A stretch of DNA of 64,000 nucleotides from Nemertoderma westbladi (lineage: Eukaryota > Animalia > Xenacoelomorpha), in contig JAUCBJ010000343.1 of assembly GCA_032718475.1 (NCBI GenBank), positions 1-64,000 on the forward strand. Reading direction: 5' to 3'. The notes under the pieces are model-generated. The model did no database searches and was not told the origin of the DNA. It saw only the letters and a program-made list of their open reading frames with translations. Position numbers and translations under genes: made by a program. Each line of letters opens with the position of its first letter. The stretch's first letter is position 1. Of the stretch, positions 60,595 to 64,000 are shown piece by piece.

Positions 60595-63321
60595 TCAAAC
60601 TAATCCAAAAGATCTGAGTTTATCTATTTGTTTACTATCGAGATTGCGATACACAATATTTTCAATGAAGACATCGCTGAGGGAGAACTTGGTAAATTTC
60701 AACTGTACACAATTCATTTGAAGGTGAAAAGCAACTTTATCTTTAGTGATTTTAAGTTGCAATTGGTTGGAGTTAGGTGTTCTATATGCTCGTTGACACC
60801 ATGTGAATATGACAATATCTTCAGGAGATTGAACTACCTGACTGCCTGATCTGCGAAGAAATCCATCACATCCATAGCATTTAAACCAATCTCCCTCATT
60901 TATTGAACCGATAATAAATTTACAAGATTCTTTGGCTATATCTAATTGATTGATTAATTGCTGTGTTAATTTCTTATTAACAATTTTTCTCTTCCCAGGC
61001 CCACACTTTCTACCTGCAACACTGGCGGCAGATAAAGCTGCCAGTTGTTCGAGCGTCCATGTTGAGTTCCACCAACTTATGTACTGATCAATTTCTCGAA
61101 CGTGTTTCGCATATGCAAGTGTATGACAGCACATACTTAACTTCCGGAATGATTGACAGGTCAGACACCTGTAAGACCCATTACCAAATCTACGGACTCG
61201 TTTGTAGATACCACCACTCCCCATACTAACTACAGCGAATTCGTCATTATCAATGCATACATTGAATCGATGAGCAAGGCGCCACATAGATACAAACTCT
61301 GGCGTTTTTGGTAGCTGTGGGAAATCACCAATAATATTATCATTTGAACAAGTCTGTTCTATCTCACTGTCGTGACTCACTAATCCGTTATAAAACTTAT
61401 GTAAATACACTCTTTTTTCATCACTCGATTTAATAAAAAATTCAGATTCCTCAATATGGTATTCACGAATATAATATGGTTTCAAACAATATTCGCCCCG
61501 GCCCAGTAAGGCCATATCAATATCATTCCTGAATTTGCCAATGAACTCTTCCATCTGTTCTATGAAATTATATATATTCATATGTTTAAAATTAATCCAG
61601 TTTTTTAACTCGAAATGAAGGGATTCCTCTGATTGATTCATGAAGAACTCAGAATGTAGTAGACCACATGCCATTCGATGATCAAGCAAAAAATAGTCTT
61701 TTATGTCGTTAAACACATACTTTCGAAACCATGTTGAAAATGTAGCTTCTTGTTTTATTGTTAGTTCTATTTGATCCCATTCTTTGAAAATTTCCTCACA
61801 TTTAATATCAAAGTTATCGTTTGAAGAATTACAAATCATTTCAACATCATTGATAATTCTATCAGAGTATGTGGAAAGTCCCTCCTCTTTTAAATGTCGA
61901 TTAAGGTCACGTTTTAAATGTAAATAACACGGAAGAATTAATGATTCAATACACGTAGACCATGCAGACATTATTGCTCGCTCCCTATCACAACCAATTA
62001 CTCGTATATTCCGTAAAGAAGGTCTCAACTGTAACAGATCTCGTACAAAAATTTCATGTGCCTCTTTAAATTTCCGTGTATGAAGAAACAATGGACCAGG
62101 AATACGTGGTGATGCTTTCGAACGTTTTGAGTCAAGCATTTGCTCTTTAAAGCAAGTCGTAGTGACCCAGAAGTCACCACATTCAAACGTGGTATCTATG
62201 CACAAAGGAACAAACAGACCGACATCAGGATGGCAGCAATTTTTCTCAATTAAATCAAGTTGCCAGTCCATCACTATCAAAATGGACAGATGCGGAGTGT
62301 AGCTGATATGTCTAATATACGAAGAATCCGTTTGCATTTTCATTTGAACCTTCAGTAAAGGATCCTTATCAGATTGTAAGTTGATTGACTTGTCTCCACC
62401 TTTTGAGTGCCATTGGACTTGACGAACGGATTTTGGAATTGCATCAGCGGATTGAACATTAACTAAACCACCTGCATCTTTCAAAACAGCATTATACAAT
62501 CGTTTACTGCTTGACATTGGCATTTCACGCTGAAGAGTTTGAATTCTGTGTTTTAGAGCCTGAGAAATTTTGGGTCTTTTAAAGCGTGTAATACGAAAAG
62601 AATTCTTATCACAATCGCTGCGTTCGTATTGAATTACCATAACTTTTGGGGTAATTGCTCCACTACTACTACTATGGCCACGCTCATAAAACACAACCAA
62701 CCGTTTGTGAAATTGCTTGTTATTCCTACTTACGTAGTAACTTCGAACAATCTTTGCATGAACCTCCTCTTCATTTAAACCATGGTATGTTTCATACATT
62801 CTAGTATCATTATTAAAAAAAAATGAGTATGTTCTCTTCTTAGAACTTTTGAAGGAACCAAGTCCTTCCAATTTGTCAACATCCAAAAGTGTTAAATTTC
62901 CATTAACGTTAATAAAAAATGTTAAACTTTTTTGACACTTCACAGGTACTTTGGTATTAAGAAATTTCTCGGGAATGGTCTTCAAATCAATTATAAGACT
63001 CTCAGGAAGAGAAGAAAGAATTATTAGGTCTGTTGGAAAACATATTAAATCATCAAAATAAGTTGTACAAGATTCCATAATATCAATTAAATTCGAGTTA
63101 CCAGTACTTTCATCTGAATTGCTCGCACTGCTGTTGTCTTGATGCTGTGTAAATATTAAATCCAATAGTAGGAATAGATATGGAGTCGTACTCCAAAGGT
63201 CCAGATTCGGTAAGAGGATAAATTTCCCTGAAATGAAATCCATGAAATAAATTTCTGACCGGTGTAGAAGTATTGCAAGCATCTGTTTCAAATCTATTAT
63301 AAGATTCAACTTCAACATCAT
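60595..63321 (-). CDS. MULE-family DDE transposase with SWIM zinc finger (true N-terminus probably from an upstream exon or frame)
   Basis: LCIDTTF (D1), PGPLFLH, IGCDRERAI (D2), CYLH (CxxH), NQSEES (E), SWIM YRCLTC...MCCHTLAY and C-terminal CYGC. The overlapping ORF 63110-63505 likely supplies the N-terminus. Confidence 0.85.
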   Translation of the reverse strand: MMLKLNLIIDLKQMLAILLHRSEIYFMDFISGKFILLPNLDLWSTTPYLFLLLDLIFTQHQDNSSASNSDESTGNSNLIDIMESCTTYFDDLICFPTDLIILSSLPESLIIDLKTIPEKFLNTKVPVKCQKSLTFFINVNGNLTLLDVDKLEGLGSFKSSKKRTYSFFFNNDTRMYETYHGLNEEEVHAKIVRSYYVSRNNKQFHKRLVVFYERGHSSSSGAITPKVMVIQYERSDCDKNSFRITRFKRPKISQALKHRIQTLQREMPMSSSKRLYNAVLKDAGGLVNVQSADAIPKSVRQVQWHSKGGDKSINLQSDKDPLLKVQMKMQTDSSYIRHISYTPHLSILIVMDWQLDLIEKNCCHPDVGLFVPLCIDTTFECGDFWVTTTCFKEQMLDSKRSKASPRIPGPLFLHTRKFKEAHEIFVRDLLQLRPSLRNIRVIGCDRERAIMSAWSTCIESLILPCYLHLKRDLNRHLKEEGLSTYSDRIINDVEMICNSSNDNFDIKCEEIFKEWDQIELTIKQEATFSTWFRKYVFNDIKDYFLLDHRMACGLLHSEFFMNQSEESLHFELKNWINFKHMNIYNFIEQMEEFIGKFRNDIDMALLGRGEYCLKPYYIREYHIEESEFFIKSSDEKRVYLHKFYNGLVSHDSEIEQTCSNDNIIGDFPQLPKTPEFVSMWRLAHRFNVCIDNDEFAVVSMGSGGIYKRVRRFGNGSYRCLTCQSFRKLSMCCHTLAYAKHVREIDQYISWWNSTWTLEQLAALSAASVAGRKCGPGKRKIVNKKLTQQLINQLDIAKESCKFIIGSINEGDWFKCYGCDGFLRRSGSQVVQSPEDIVIFTWCQRAYRTPNSNQLQLKITKDKVAFHLQMNCVQLKFTKFSLSDVFIENIVYRNLDSKQIDKLRSFGLV

Positions 63322-63534
63322 CAGAATTTTCCAGCTGAGAAAGGGCCAATCTCTTTGGAGCTGGGGATTTCCCTGGTGAAGGCGAATTTATATTCGTCAA
63401 TAGCTTCCTCGTTGGATTTGTTGATGCAATGGGCCTCCCGCTAATTTTACGAGGAGTACTGCCAGAATCTTCTACTGATACCGGCAGTTGCGCACTGGCT
63501 TCCACAATACCTACCGGTACCTAACGGCCTATAT

Positions 63535-64000
63535 TGTTTCATTACACGATATCATTATATATAATAACCTTTTGATATAATATAAGAAGTTGGAAGGCTA
63601 GAGGGACGACTCTCTAGCGCTCCCACATTGGTGACCCGGACGAGATTTGCTACCACCCGATAACCGGAACAACCAACGTCACGATCGCGATGGCAGAACA
63701 AAACGCGGTATCACTAAAACTACCAACGTTTTGGCCCCTCGAACCGCACGTGTGGTTCCTCCAGGCCGAGGCCCAATTCGCTACCCGCGCCATCACCACT
63801 GACGAAACGCGGTATTTCTACGTCGTCGCCGCACTGGAACAAACCGTGGCCAGTCGGATGGTAGCGACGATCTCGAACCCCCCAACCACCGGGAAATATG
63901 ATTTCCTGAAGGCGGCTCTCCTGCGGTGTTACGGCCTGACACCGGAGCAGAAGGCCTCTAAACTATTAAACCTTCCTGGACTCGGCGACAAACGACCTAC
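63535..64000 (+). mobile_element. 5' end of a Ty3/Gypsy LTR retrotransposon (LTR end, tRNA PBS, gag)
   Basis: LTR end ...CTCCCACA at 63627, then a canonical PBS TGGTGACCCGGAC at 63629; the LTR start is uncertain. Confidence 0.85.
63690..64000 (+). CDS. Gypsy gag N-terminus (runs off the window)
   Basis: MAEQNAVSLKLPTFWPLEPHVWFLQAEAQFATRAITTDETRYFYVVAAL, a typical KLPxFW...WFxQxEAQF Gag motif. Confidence 0.9.
   Translation, partial: MAEQNAVSLKLPTFWPLEPHVWFLQAEAQFATRAITTDETRYFYVVAALEQTVASRMVATISNPPTTGKYDFLKAALLRCYGLTPEQKASKLLNLPGLGDKRP

Overview
This is AT-rich animal (invertebrate-like) nuclear DNA dominated by transposable elements and satellites. Host genes: a 2-exon secreted fibrinogen-related protein (3956-6061), an intronless 1012-aa multi-C2H2 zinc-finger ORF (10495-13533, minus) and the first two exons of a TCF25/Rqc1-like gene (50528-52638). 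Mobile DNA: a deleted Gypsy element, two tRNA-derived SINEs, several MITEs, a multi-level nest of non-autonomous DNA transposons (13818-21959), two BEL/Pao LTR retrotransposons with intact LTR pairs and 5-bp TSDs (24032-30177; 31482-49826), a CRE-like non-LTR fragment, a hATm-like transposase pseudogene, a MULE-SWIM transposase ORF and the start of another Gypsy element. Two observations stand out. First, neither BEL/Pao element has a TGG-type tRNA primer-binding site; in each, the 10-12 nt right after the 5' LTR are perfectly complementary to a site inside its own LTR, the architecture of Tf1-type self-priming. Second, the 18.3-kb element carries an intact 1401-aa third ORF with a DEDDy-like 3'-5' exonuclease domain and Cys/His zinc knuckles, preceded by a long hairpin and a candidate splice acceptor. 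Two satellites visibly derive from local functional sequence: a splice-donor junction and a transposase coding segment. All family assignments come from motif recognition by eye; no database searches were run.
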